Source: Thermoanaerobaculia bacterium
GTDB taxonomy: Bacteria; Acidobacteriota; Thermoanaerobaculia; Multivoradales; DATKCC01
Assembly: GCA_046538065.1 (NCBI GenBank)
Contig: JBKHJP010000001.1
Coordinates: forward strand, 1 to 38,953
DNA length: 38,953 nucleotides
Direction of reading: 5' to 3'
Positions 15,810-24,449 of the stretch are shown here, one piece after another; position 1 is the first letter of the stretch; the number at the start of each line of letters is the position of its first letter. The position numbers were made by a program, and so were the translations under genes. Below the pieces are notes generated by a model that was given only the letters and a program-made list of their open reading frames with translations, did no database searches and was not told the origin of the DNA.

Positions 15810-16546
15810 TCGGGCCTTAGGGCGACCAGGCAATATCCCAGGGGGAAGAGCTCTCGGTGTCTGCGGTCGAGGTGCCGTCCGAAGGGGGAGCGCAGGATAC
15901 CCCCGGCCACCGACTGGTAGAGGCGGCTCACGGACTCTCCCGGCAGATTCTTCCCCACCAGGTCCAGGAGAACCGCCAGGGGTCCTGCGTACGGTTTCAG
16001 ACTGACAACCTCGAGGCTCATCGTCGCGCACAGCCGTTCCAGCGCAAAGCGGGTATAGCGGAGGTAGTCGTCCGGGGCCTCGTGGATGCGGTAGAGGAAC
16101 GGCACTCCGAGGATGAGCTTCCCCCCCGGCCTGAGGACCGAGGGAACGTCCCTCCAGAGCGGTCCGGGGTCCCAGAGATGCTCCAGGACATCGGTGGCCA
16201 GAAGGGTATCGACGCTGGCGTTCCGCAGCGGGATTCCGGCGTTGAGATCGCCGATGACGTCGAGGTGCCGGGCCGACCTGAGTGAAGCCGGGAGGCGGTC
16301 CAGGCAGATCACCTCCTCGACTAGCTTCCGGTAGAGGCCGTACAAGGGAACAGCGCCACAGCCCAGGTCCACCAGCCGTCCCCTGGCATGACTCATGAGG
16401 GCTTCCTCGTAAACGCCTGCGAGGATGTCCGCGATCAGCAGGGAGCGGGTGGCCACCCCACCGCCGGTTCGGGCGGCCCGGAGGCGCTTGCGTCCTTCCA
16501 TGAACTTGCTGGGGGTCCAGCGCTCAGGATTCCGCACGCCAGTCAC
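15785..16546 (-). CDS. Class I SAM-dependent methyltransferase (Methyltransf_11/23-like)
   Basis: ORF 15785..16546(-). Motifs seen: RGRLVDLGCGAVPLYGLY (motif I), VDTLLATDVLEHLWDP and LRPGGKLILGVP. Its 3' end overlaps the convergent GtrA-family gene by 25 nt. Confidence 0.75.
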   Translation of the reverse strand: MTGVRNPERWTPSKFMEGRKRLRAARTGGGVATRSLLIADILAGVYEEALMSHARGRLVDLGCGAVPLYGLYRKLVEEVICLDRLPASLRSARHLDVIGDLNAGIPLRNASVDTLLATDVLEHLWDPGPLWRDVPSVLRPGGKLILGVPFLYRIHEAPDDYLRYTRFALERLCATMSLEVVSLKPYAGPLAVLLDLVGKNLPGESVSRLYQSVAGGILRSPFGRHLDRRHRELFPLGYCLVALRPDHRNTRCR

Positions 16547-16577
16547 TCCATCTCGATCGGGCCCCGGAACTTACCAA

Positions 16578-16660
16578 TCAGGGAATCCCAGGCACGATCC
16601 GGGCGATCCCACCCGGCCCGAGGTGGGCCGTCGTATGGCGGATTGTGGATGGTTCAAAAT
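16578..16660 (-). pseudogene. Orphan 5' fragment of a GT4 glycosyltransferase gene (duplicate of the 5' end of the gene at 20056..21234)
   Basis: 16593-16657 aligns with 21163-21227 at 56 of 65 nt by hand count. The translation PHFEPSTIRHTTAHLGPGGIARIVPGIP* compares with MPLEPVTILHTTAHLGTGGIARIVLRTA. There is no start codon at the equivalent position, and a stop follows at 16578. Confidence 0.6.
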
Positions 16661-16693
16661 GGGGAGCGAGACCCACTGGATGCGGAACGGGCG

Positions 16694-17884
16694 TCAGGAT
16701 GGTCGACTGGGGGTGCGCTCTTCGGATGCTACCCCAGCCCCTTCCGCCACCTCCCGGATCGCCTCTTCCCAGGCGCGCTGGACGAGTTCCCGGCAAAAGC
16801 TTTCGCCAACCCTTCGCCGGGCCGCCTCGCCGTGGCGGCGCCGGAGGTCCGGGTCCTCCAGGTAGGCGAGGAGAGCCTGGGCCAGGGCCTCGGCGTCGTC
16901 CACCGGGACCAGGGTCCCCGTCCGGCCGTCCTCCACGGCGTCCACGACGCCGGTGGCACGGGCGCCCACCGTGGGTACGCCGGCGGCGGCGGCCTCCAGG
17001 GGGGCGTTGGGGAAGCCCTCCCGGTGGGACGGGAAGGCGAGGACGTCCATCAGGGGGTAGTAGGGCGCCGTGTCCGGGACGAAGCCGGGGAGGAGGATCC
17101 GGGGATCGCTCCGGAGCCGCTCCACCAGCTCCGGCGGCACCGGGTCCCCCACTTCGAAGTCTCCCAGGAGGAGCATCCGGGTCTCCGGAGCTTCCCGGCG
17201 CACGCGATCGAGGGCTTCCACGAGCTCGGGGATCCCCTTGTCCCGGGTGAACCGGCCGACGAAGCCGACGACCGGAACGCCCTCGGGCAGGCCGAGCTCC
17301 GAGCGCAGGCGGGCGGCGCCCGCCCGGTCGGCGGCGGCCCCCTCGAAGCGTTCGGCGTCCACGCCGTTGGACGAGCCGGCTCCGGGGACCGCCGTCTTAC
17401 CGTTCTCCACGAGCCCGAGCTCCACCGCCCGGCGGCGCAGGCTCGCGCTCACGCAGAGCACCCGGTGGGCCGATGCCGAGGCCGTGCGCTCCGTCCACCG
17501 GAGGAGGCGCCGCTTCCAGCCGCGGGTGGTCTCGAGACGCAGTCCCCGGAGGGTGTAGATCCGCGCCGGGATCCGGGTCCACCGCGCCGCCAGCATGCCT
17601 AGGAGGCCCGCCTTCGGAGTGCTCGCCTCCACCGCGTCGGGGCGGAGCCGCCGGAGGAGGTGGGCGAGGCGCACGAGGGCCACGGTGTCCCGGATCGGGG
17701 CGATCTCCCGGGCCATGGGAAGGATCCGGACCTCCGCCCCCTCCGCCTCCGCCAGACCCTCCAGGTCCGGGCCCGGCGAGGTGACGAGCACCACGTCGAA
17801 GCCGGCCCCTGCCAGGTGCCGGAGCCTCCCCCGCAGCAGGAGTCGGGCGGTCATGGGGTGGGTGACCAGGAGGACGATCTTCAC
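16694..17884 (-). CDS. GT4-family glycosyltransferase
   Basis: C-terminal 396 codons of ORF 16694..18082(-), with the GTG start at 17884 (VKIVLLVTHPMTARLLLRGRLRHLAGAGFDV). Motifs seen: GFVGRFTRDKGIPELVEAL and the E-x7-E region SHREGFPNAPLEAAAAGVPTV. The upstream part of the ORF overlaps the preceding gene. Confidence 0.8.
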   Translation of the reverse strand: MKIVLLVTHPMTARLLLRGRLRHLAGAGFDVVLVTSPGPDLEGLAEAEGAEVRILPMAREIAPIRDTVALVRLAHLLRRLRPDAVEASTPKAGLLGMLAARWTRIPARIYTLRGLRLETTRGWKRRLLRWTERTASASAHRVLCVSASLRRRAVELGLVENGKTAVPGAGSSNGVDAERFEGAAADRAGAARLRSELGLPEGVPVVGFVGRFTRDKGIPELVEALDRVRREAPETRMLLLGDFEVGDPVPPELVERLRSDPRILLPGFVPDTAPYYPLMDVLAFPSHREGFPNAPLEAAAAGVPTVGARATGVVDAVEDGRTGTLVPVDDAEALAQALLAYLEDPDLRRRHGEAARRRVGESFCRELVQRAWEEAIREVAEGAGVASEERTPSRPS

Positions 17885-17906
17885 CGGATTCCAGCCTGTC
17901 CGCGCC

Positions 17907-19679
17907 TCAGAAGTACCCGAGCGCCTCAAGGGTTTCCCGGTCCGCTCCCGCCGGGCTCCGTTGCGGCTCCGTCCAGAAGCCCATGGCCTCCCGGAGCCGT
18001 CGTTCCAGGTCATCAGGGCTTTCGGGATCTCCTCCTTCGAACAGCAAGTTCCGATGGGCCCGGGGATCCTGCAACAAATCATAGACCTCCCAGGTCGACC
18101 CGAACCGGTTCCAGACGGTCAGTTGGTCGCCGTCCACCATGCCGCGGATCCGGATCGTTTCGAACGGGAAGAGCGTCCGCATCCAGGGCGAGCGGGGCGT
18201 CTTGTAGCTCGACATGTAGCGGACCCGGCGTTGCCGCTCCTCCGCCCAGGCGACCGCGTCGGGAGCCTCGCCCCGGCCGATCCTCGAGAGCAGGTCGAAG
18301 AAGTCCCGGCCTGCGAGGGGCCGGTCGATCTCCGCCGGGGGCGCACCGGGCACGCGGAGCACCGCCGGCACCCGGGTGAGTTCCGGGTAGAGGGAGTGTC
18401 CGTGGCCGAACCGGCCGTGCTCGCCGAGCTCCTCCCCGTGGTCCGACACCACGAACAGGACCGCTTCCGGGCCGAGCCGCTCCTGGAGGAGTGCCAGCAG
18501 GCGGTCCAGGTGGACATCCAGGTATCGGAGCTCCGCCCGGTAGGAGTCCCGGTCGAACTGGCGGAACCGGGGAGGGCGTCCGGGGCCGCTTCGGTAGGGG
18601 GTGTGAGGATCCATCAGGTGGATGTAGAGGAAGTCGGGTCGCGGCTCCGGCGGGGCGCTTTCCAGCCACCGGGCGACGCTGCGGACGACCCGCTCGGCCC
18701 GAGCGTAGCCGTCCCTGCCCCGGAGATGCTCGAACCGGTCGAAGCCCTGGTTGAAGCCCGAGCGCTCCGAGACGTGGGGGTTGTTGGCGAAGGCGGTGGT
18801 GCGGTACCCGAGCTCCCGGAGATGCTCGGGAAGGGTGAGAGCTTCCTGCGGCAGCAGGGTTCCGCCGTCCAGGACTCCGAGCTGCTCGGGAAGAGCACCG
18901 GTGAAGAGGCTGGCGACCGAGGGCCGCGTCCAGGGTGCGTCGGCCAGGACATCGAGGAAGAGCTGGCCGCTCGCGGCGAAGCGATCCAGGCGCGCCATGT
19001 CCCGGTCCTTGCCGCCGTAGGCGGCCAGGGCGTCGGCGCGCAGGGTGTCCACCAGGACGAAGGCGATCGGCGGACCCGGCGCCTCCGGGGCGGGCGGCTC
19101 CGGGTTCGGTGCGGCGGGCCCCGGGCGGTGGTCCAGGCCGCTCCGCCGGAGCCCGGCCTCCGGCGCCGGATCTGGCAGGTCGCCCCGGAGGGCCGTGGCG
19201 AGGGTGCCCAGGAAGCGTTGCTCGGCGTACAGGTGCCACCGCCACCCGGTCGCCCAGCGGTCCACGCCCAGGACCAGCACCACGAAGGCGCCGGCACACG
19301 CGACGGCGAGGCCTGCCCCCCGGAGCCGGTGCCGGAACCGGGGCAGCGGAGTGAGGACGCTAGCCGCCCAGAGGAGCATGAGCAAACTTCCCGCGGCGAC
19401 GGGCTTCGATGCGATGTGCACCAGGTCGGTCTGGCACCGGAGGTAGAACAGCAAGCCCGCCGCGGCCGGCAGGGCGGCGAGGTGCCGGGCGACGCGGCGT
19501 GGGCCGCCGAGCGTGCCCAGGGCTACAGATCCCGCGAGGGTCAACGGCAGGTAGAGGCTGAAGGCGATCAGCAGGTCGCCGGCTGTGGTGGCTGGGGTCC
19601 GTCCGCCGAGGGCGAGTGCCGCGGTGAGGAGGAGCGGGGGCGCCCAGGCGAGATGCTTCATGGAGCGGGTTCGTCGCAT
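17907..19679 (-). CDS. Membrane-anchored sulfatase-fold (alkaline-phosphatase superfamily) hydrolase/transferase, with Thr at the nucleophile position
   Basis: In-frame part of ORF 17907..20411(-). The start is the ATG at 19679 (MRRTRSMKHLAW...) or the ATG at 19661. About 5 N-terminal TM helices precede the domain. The domain reads IAFVLVDTLRADALAAYGG...ADAPWTRPSVASLFTGALPEQ...DPHTPY...VVSDHGEELGEHGRFGHGHSLY. The canonical C/S-x-P-x-R motif is replaced by T-R-P-S-V. Confidence 0.75.
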   Translation of the reverse strand: MRRTRSMKHLAWAPPLLLTAALALGGRTPATTAGDLLIAFSLYLPLTLAGSVALGTLGGPRRVARHLAALPAAAGLLFYLRCQTDLVHIASKPVAAGSLLMLLWAASVLTPLPRFRHRLRGAGLAVACAGAFVVLVLGVDRWATGWRWHLYAEQRFLGTLATALRGDLPDPAPEAGLRRSGLDHRPGPAAPNPEPPAPEAPGPPIAFVLVDTLRADALAAYGGKDRDMARLDRFAASGQLFLDVLADAPWTRPSVASLFTGALPEQLGVLDGGTLLPQEALTLPEHLRELGYRTTAFANNPHVSERSGFNQGFDRFEHLRGRDGYARAERVVRSVARWLESAPPEPRPDFLYIHLMDPHTPYRSGPGRPPRFRQFDRDSYRAELRYLDVHLDRLLALLQERLGPEAVLFVVSDHGEELGEHGRFGHGHSLYPELTRVPAVLRVPGAPPAEIDRPLAGRDFFDLLSRIGRGEAPDAVAWAEERQRRVRYMSSYKTPRSPWMRTLFPFETIRIRGMVDGDQLTVWNRFGSTWEVYDLLQDPRAHRNLLFEGGDPESPDDLERRLREAMGFWTEPQRSPAGADRETLEALGYF

Positions 19680-19699
19680 GACTGGAGTGAGACGGCGGG

Positions 19700-20041
19700 C
19701 TACGAAGGCCTCTCCCCCCCGCCCCGTCGGCCCTGAACGGATTCGTGCGGCCGGCTCACGATCCAGGCTGTCCGGGCCCAGTCGTAGCCGAAGTAGGAGT
19801 GGGCGGCCATGCCCTCCGCCTCGACCCACTCCCGGAACGCTTCGTAGCCCGGGAGCCGGTCCTCCGGCTTCAGTGGTGGGAGCCGCGAGAACGAGTCGCC
19901 GCGGCGTTCGATCTCCACCCGGCGCCGCAGGAACTCCGGGTCGCAACCCAAGATGGCGCCCTCCTGGCAGAGGCGGCCGGCCAGGAGGACCAGGCCGGGG
20001 AGGTCCCGCTGGGGGTGATCGACGACGAGGGCGATGCGCAT
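19700..20041 (-). CDS. Hypothetical 113-aa protein, possibly a remnant
   Basis: In-frame tail of ORF 19700..21079(-). The ATG at 20041 lies 14 nt after the upstream stop. The product starts MRIALVVDHPQRDLPGLVLLAGRLCQEGA... and continues ...LKPEDRLPGYEAFREWVEAEGMAAHSYFGYDWARTAWIV. It fills the gap between two well-supported genes in the same orientation. Confidence 0.4.
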   Translation of the reverse strand: MRIALVVDHPQRDLPGLVLLAGRLCQEGAILGCDPEFLRRRVEIERRGDSFSRLPPLKPEDRLPGYEAFREWVEAEGMAAHSYFGYDWARTAWIVSRPHESVQGRRGGGERPS

Positions 20042-20055
20042 GGGACGGGCCAATC

Positions 20056-21234
20056 CTATCCGTGGCCGCCCCGTTCGGCCAGCACCTCGCGGTACAGGCC
20101 TTCGAGCCTTTCCACCGATGCCGCCAGGGAGAAGCGCTCCGCCGCCCGGCGCCGGCCGGCCCTGCCCATCGCGCTCCGCCGGTCCGGGTCGCCCAGGAGC
20201 CTGCAGGCGGCCGCCGCCAGGGCCCCGGAGTCCCGGGGCGGGACCAGCAGGCCGGTGACCCCGTCCTCCACCGCTTCTTCCAGCGGCGCGGTCCGGGCCG
20301 CAACCACCGGGAGCCCCGCCGCCGAGGCCTCCACCACCGCCACCGGGAGCCCCTCCTTGTGCACCGAGGGAAAGACGAAGAGATCCGCCAGGGCGAGGAG
20401 GGCCGAGACATCGGAGCGGTGCCCCAGGAGTCGCACCGAGCGTTCCAGGCCGAGGCGGTGGATGAGCGTTTCCAGGCGGGGCCGCTCCTCGCCCTCGCCG
20501 GCGATCAGGAGGGCCGCGTCCGGGTGACGGCCCAGGATCCGGGGCATGGCCGTGACCAGGTGCTCCTGGCCCTTCTGCTCGTGGAGGCGGCCGACGTGGA
20601 GCAGGACCGGTCCGGTGCCGAGGTCGAGAGCGGTCCGGAGGGCGCGGAGCTCCGGCTCCGGGACCGGGCGGGCGATCTCCTCGCTGTCGACGCCGGGGTG
20701 GACGACGACCGTCCGCTCCGGTGGGACGCCGAGGTACGCCGCCTGTGCCCGGAGGACCGCCTCCGAGACGGCGACGAACCGGGCAGCCGTACGGACCGTC
20801 CACCGGTCTCCGAGGCTCCCGGTGGAGGCGAGCCCCAGGCGCCGGCGGAGCCCCCGCGCCGGCCGCGATGGGGGGGTGGTGTTGTGGAGCGTTATCACGA
20901 CGGGAACGCCCGCGATCCGGGCTGCGAGCCCCGCGTAGAGCCGGTCCAGGGGATGGTGGGTGTGGACCAGCTCGACGCGGTGGCGGCGGAGGAGCCGGAC
21001 CAGGCGGGCGACGGTCCGGGGTCCGTGCCAGGGCCGGCGGTGTCCGGCGCAGACGGGGGCGAGGCCGAGGCGCCGGCACTCTTCCTCGAAGTCGTTGTGG
21101 GGCGTCAGGTGGCAGACGAGGGAACGGAACCGCTCCGGGGCGAGGCCCGCCGCCGTGCGGAGCACGATCCGGGCGATCCCACCCGTTCCCAGGTGGGCCG
21201 TCGTGTGGAGGATCGTGACCGGTTCAAGGGGCAT
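20056..21234 (-). CDS. GT4-family glycosyltransferase
   Basis: ORF 20056..21234(-). Motifs seen: ILHTTAHLGTGGIARIV, LLHVGRLHEQKGQEHLV and the E-x7-E region VHKEGLPVAVVEASAAGLPVV. The ATG overlaps the upstream gene by 11 nt. Confidence 0.85.
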   Translation of the reverse strand: MPLEPVTILHTTAHLGTGGIARIVLRTAAGLAPERFRSLVCHLTPHNDFEEECRRLGLAPVCAGHRRPWHGPRTVARLVRLLRRHRVELVHTHHPLDRLYAGLAARIAGVPVVITLHNTTPPSRPARGLRRRLGLASTGSLGDRWTVRTAARFVAVSEAVLRAQAAYLGVPPERTVVVHPGVDSEEIARPVPEPELRALRTALDLGTGPVLLHVGRLHEQKGQEHLVTAMPRILGRHPDAALLIAGEGEERPRLETLIHRLGLERSVRLLGHRSDVSALLALADLFVFPSVHKEGLPVAVVEASAAGLPVVAARTAPLEEAVEDGVTGLLVPPRDSGALAAAACRLLGDPDRRSAMGRAGRRRAAERFSLAASVERLEGLYREVLAERGGHG

Positions 21235-22108
21235 CGTCGTCTCTCCGGGTGTGCATCCGGTCGACTGGCCGGTTCTCGACGGTGCGCCCCACGGAACGCC
21301 GGCCGCGGAGGCGCTCCGCCGCCCACTCCTCCAGGACCACGGAGGCGGCGAGGAGCGGCCCGAGCCGTGCGGGCATGTCGCGGCGCAGAGAGACGCGCTG
21401 GATGCGGAGGGGGGAGGTCCGGCCGGGCAGGCTCTTCCGGCCGCCGCCGACGACGGCGCCCCGGTAGCTCCGGGCGACGGCTGCCTCCACGCAGGGGGAC
21501 CGGAGCGCCCGGGGGTAGCAAAAGACCGAAGGCTCGGCGCCGGTCCGCTCCCGGAGCACCGCCTTGGAGCCCGCCACCTCGTCCTCCAGGGTCCCTTCCG
21601 GTACGGCCCGCAGGTCCGGGTGGGAGCGGCTGTGGGATCCCAGCTCCACCAGGCCCCCGTCCGCCAGCTCCCGGAGCCGCCCCCACGGGACCGGCGGGAG
21701 CTCCTCGGCCCCCCGCAGCGGCCCCGGCCGGGCGCCGTCCACGAAGTCCGTGGGGACGAAGAGGGTGGCCGGGAGGCGGAGGGCCTCCATCACGGGGTAG
21801 GCCACCTCGTCGAAGTTCCGGTAGGCGTCGTCGAAGGTGATCGCCACCAGATCCCGCTCCAGGGGGGCGCCGGCCTCCAGGGCGGCCACGGCGCGACTCA
21901 GGGGGGCCACCTCGGAGCCGCCTTCCCGGAGCTCCTCCATCTGCCGCCGGAACGCCTCGACGGGGAGGTCCACCGGGGAGCTCGTCCCGGCGCCCACCAG
22001 GTGGTAGGCCAGCACGGTCACCCCCGGCCGGCCCCGGGGCACCAGGCGGGTCCCGAGGCGGAGCGCCGTCCGGGCGGCGCCGGTGAAGCAGGGTCCGGCG
22101 CCCGTCAT
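21224..22108 (-). CDS. Polysaccharide deacetylase (CE4, PF01522)
   Basis: In-frame part of ORF 21224..23095(-). The ATG at 22108 overlaps the upstream TGA (ATGA at 22105-22108). Motifs seen: VAITFDDAYRNFDEVAYPVMEALRLPATLFV, ELGSHSRSHPDL and FCYPRA. Confidence 0.8.
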   Translation of the reverse strand: MTGAGPCFTGAARTALRLGTRLVPRGRPGVTVLAYHLVGAGTSSPVDLPVEAFRRQMEELREGGSEVAPLSRAVAALEAGAPLERDLVAITFDDAYRNFDEVAYPVMEALRLPATLFVPTDFVDGARPGPLRGAEELPPVPWGRLRELADGGLVELGSHSRSHPDLRAVPEGTLEDEVAGSKAVLRERTGAEPSVFCYPRALRSPCVEAAVARSYRGAVVGGGRKSLPGRTSPLRIQRVSLRRDMPARLGPLLAASVVLEEWAAERLRGRRSVGRTVENRPVDRMHTRRDDDAP

Positions 22109-23022
22109 CGGGTCCAGCCCGAGCTCCAGCCCAGGTTCCGGCCCAGGAGCTCCTCCAGGTCCCGGTCTTGGGGGGCGAAGTGGGTCTCCAGGCGGGTCCG
22201 GAGCTCGTCGGGGAGCTCGGCGCCGGGTCGTGAGCCGGTGCCGCCCGGCCCCGGATTCGAACCGGAGCCCGCCCGGGCTCCGCCCCGGCTCCAGTTCCGG
22301 AACTCCGGCGGGCTCCAGGGCTCGAGATCCAGGAACCGGAGGACCTCCCGGAACCCCGCCTCCGGATCCCGGAAGAAGGCGTCGTGCTCCAGGACCAGGA
22401 ACCGCTCCCGGGGGAAGCACGCAAACCACCGCCGGAGCTGCTCGGCGTAGCGGCCCCGCTCCAGGTAGGAGAACAGGTGGTGGCTCCGGCTCACGTAGCC
22501 CGGATCGGCCAGAAGACGCTCGCGCTCCCGGTCCGTGCGCTCCGGCTCCCGCTCCACCGCCTCGGCGAAGGGGAGGGTCTCGATCCCCAGGCGCGCCAGG
22601 TGCCGGTGGTGGGAGAGGGCTCGGGACACCGGCTCCCGGAGGACGACCAAGAAGTGGGCCTCCGGCAGGAGCTCCTGGACCCGCCGGGGCGCGTGGGGGT
22701 GGAGGAGGTAGTAGGGCGTCGCCTCGAACGAGCGTCGCCCGCCGGCGAAGGCCGCCAGCGGGAAATGGGCCCGGTACCAGCCCTCCGCGCGGTGGTACCA
22801 GCGGGTGAAGTACTCCACCTCCTTGCGCAGCGAGGGCGAGACCCTCGGGTGGGCCCCGAGGTAGCGGTAGAGCGAGCTGGTCCCCGCCCGCATGGCGCCC
22901 AGGACCAGGAAGTCCGGGAGCTTCCGGATCGCTCCGGTGGGCCGCCGGAGCCACACCCGGCCCCGGGCCAGGCGGTTGCGGTGGCCCATGGGGAGGGCGG
23001 CCCGGACGGTTTCCCGGATCAC
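22105..23022 (-). CDS. PAPS-type sulfotransferase-fold protein
   Basis: In-frame part of ORF 22105..24174(-). The 5'-PSB loop is PDFLVLGAMRAGTSSLYRYL. The 3'-PB-like motif is VVLREPVSRALSHHRH. The GTG at 23022 overlaps the upstream TGA (GTGA at 23019-23022), and the ATG at 22989 is an alternative start. Confidence 0.75.
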   Translation of the reverse strand: MIRETVRAALPMGHRNRLARGRVWLRRPTGAIRKLPDFLVLGAMRAGTSSLYRYLGAHPRVSPSLRKEVEYFTRWYHRAEGWYRAHFPLAAFAGGRRSFEATPYYLLHPHAPRRVQELLPEAHFLVVLREPVSRALSHHRHLARLGIETLPFAEAVEREPERTDRERERLLADPGYVSRSHHLFSYLERGRYAEQLRRWFACFPRERFLVLEHDAFFRDPEAGFREVLRFLDLEPWSPPEFRNWSRGGARAGSGSNPGPGGTGSRPGAELPDELRTRLETHFAPQDRDLEELLGRNLGWSSGWTR

Positions 23023-24449
23023 GTGGGGGCCCCTTCCGGGTCCCGGCCCGCCGGGGCCGAATCCGCCGGAGCGCCGGCCGGCCGGCCCGATGCATCGTGG
23101 GCGAGCTGCCGCCTGCGGTGCCCTGGCCCGGTGGGAGCCGGCATCCCCGGCCGCCCGGGCCCGGACCGGGGCCGGACCGGCACCCGCCTGGCCGTGCTCC
23201 ACTGCCTCCTCGCCAGCAGCGCCCGGCCCCCGCCCAGGAAGAGGAGCATGATGAAGGGGAAGATCGGGGAGCGCTGCCGGGCGATGATCCCCATGTTGGC
23301 GAACGTCAGGCCGATCATCGTCGTGTAGCCGAAGAGGAGGGGCACGGCGAAGGCCAGGAGCCGGTCGCTCCACCACCCGGCCAGGGCCTGGCGGAGTCTC
23401 CGCCGGTAGCGCCAGGCCAAGATCCAGAGCAGGCTCAGCTCCACGGCCGAGATCAGCGCCATGACGTTGTGGGCCTCCCACAGGAACGGGCGCATCCAGA
23501 TGTTGACGAACGCCATGGGGATGGCGGCGGGCCCAGAGGGAACGCCTTCGAGCTGGCTCCCGCCCCGGACGGTGAAGTCCGAGCGGTGGTCGATGTACTC
23601 CTGGACCCCCTCCAGGTCCGGCTCGAAGCCGAGCTGGGCGCTCATCCCGGAGAGCACCAGGAGCGAGAGGCCGGCCGCCGCCACGGCTTCGGCGATGCGC
23701 CGCGGGCTGGGGCGGGTCCAGGACTGGAACCAGTACGCTCCCGCGGAGGCCAGGGCCAGGGCCCCGGCCACGTGGGGCCGGAGGGCGAAGGCGATCCCCA
23801 GGCCGGCGAGGAACGGCACCCAGGAGATCCGCCCTCGCCGACCCACGTAGCCCAGGGTGGTCAGGCCGACGGCGAACAGGGTGACCGACTCCTTGCCCAG
23901 GCTGGACGGCCAGAACAGCAGGGAGGGCCAGAACCAGACCCAGGAGGCGAACCGGACCGCGGCGCGCCCGGGGTTCGTCCGGTAGAGGGCCAGGGCGATC
24001 CAGTACAGGCCGAGGAAGGCGAGCATGGCGAAGACCAAAAACGCCCCCCGGCGGGTCGGTCCGATGAAGGTGAGGACCAGCCCGGCGAGCTTCTCCATGA
24101 AGGGCGTCCCCCACCAGCTCTCCGGCCCGCCGAACCAGTACACCGGGGAGAACATCCTGAGGTCGAAGTCCCACGCCCGCCGGGCGAAGGCCATCCCCAC
24201 GTGGTAATAGCGATTGGCGTCGGCCACGCCGCCGTAGAAGTACTGCATCATTTCCAGGCGGGCGACGCTCCCGGCGATGTGGAGGACCACTCCCGCCATC
24301 ACCAGGTTGCGCGGGAAGGGGTTGCGCCGCCAGCCGGCGAGGGCGTTGCCCGCCGCCAGGGCGACGACGGCGACGAGGGCGAAACCGAGGAGGTCGTAGG
24401 TCACGGCGGGCGTCGGGCTCAGAAGACTTCGAGGGATCCTCCGCTCCAC
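23019..24449 (-). CDS. Polytopic membrane protein, candidate Wzy-like polymerase or ligase
   Basis: ORF 23019..24449(-). It has about 10-12 hydrophobic helices and one large loop (QLGFEPDLEGVQEYIDHRSDFTVRGGSQLEGVPSGP...WMRPFLWEAHN). The C-terminal tail is P/R/G-rich. No catalytic motif can be assigned by eye. The start is the GTG at 24449 or the GTG at 24404. Confidence 0.55.
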   Translation of the reverse strand: MERRIPRSLLSPTPAVTYDLLGFALVAVVALAAGNALAGWRRNPFPRNLVMAGVVLHIAGSVARLEMMQYFYGGVADANRYYHVGMAFARRAWDFDLRMFSPVYWFGGPESWWGTPFMEKLAGLVLTFIGPTRRGAFLVFAMLAFLGLYWIALALYRTNPGRAAVRFASWVWFWPSLLFWPSSLGKESVTLFAVGLTTLGYVGRRGRISWVPFLAGLGIAFALRPHVAGALALASAGAYWFQSWTRPSPRRIAEAVAAAGLSLLVLSGMSAQLGFEPDLEGVQEYIDHRSDFTVRGGSQLEGVPSGPAAIPMAFVNIWMRPFLWEAHNVMALISAVELSLLWILAWRYRRRLRQALAGWWSDRLLAFAVPLLFGYTTMIGLTFANMGIIARQRSPIFPFIMLLFLGGGRALLARRQWSTARRVPVRPRSGPGRPGMPAPTGPGHRRRQLAHDASGRPAGAPADSAPAGRDPEGAPT

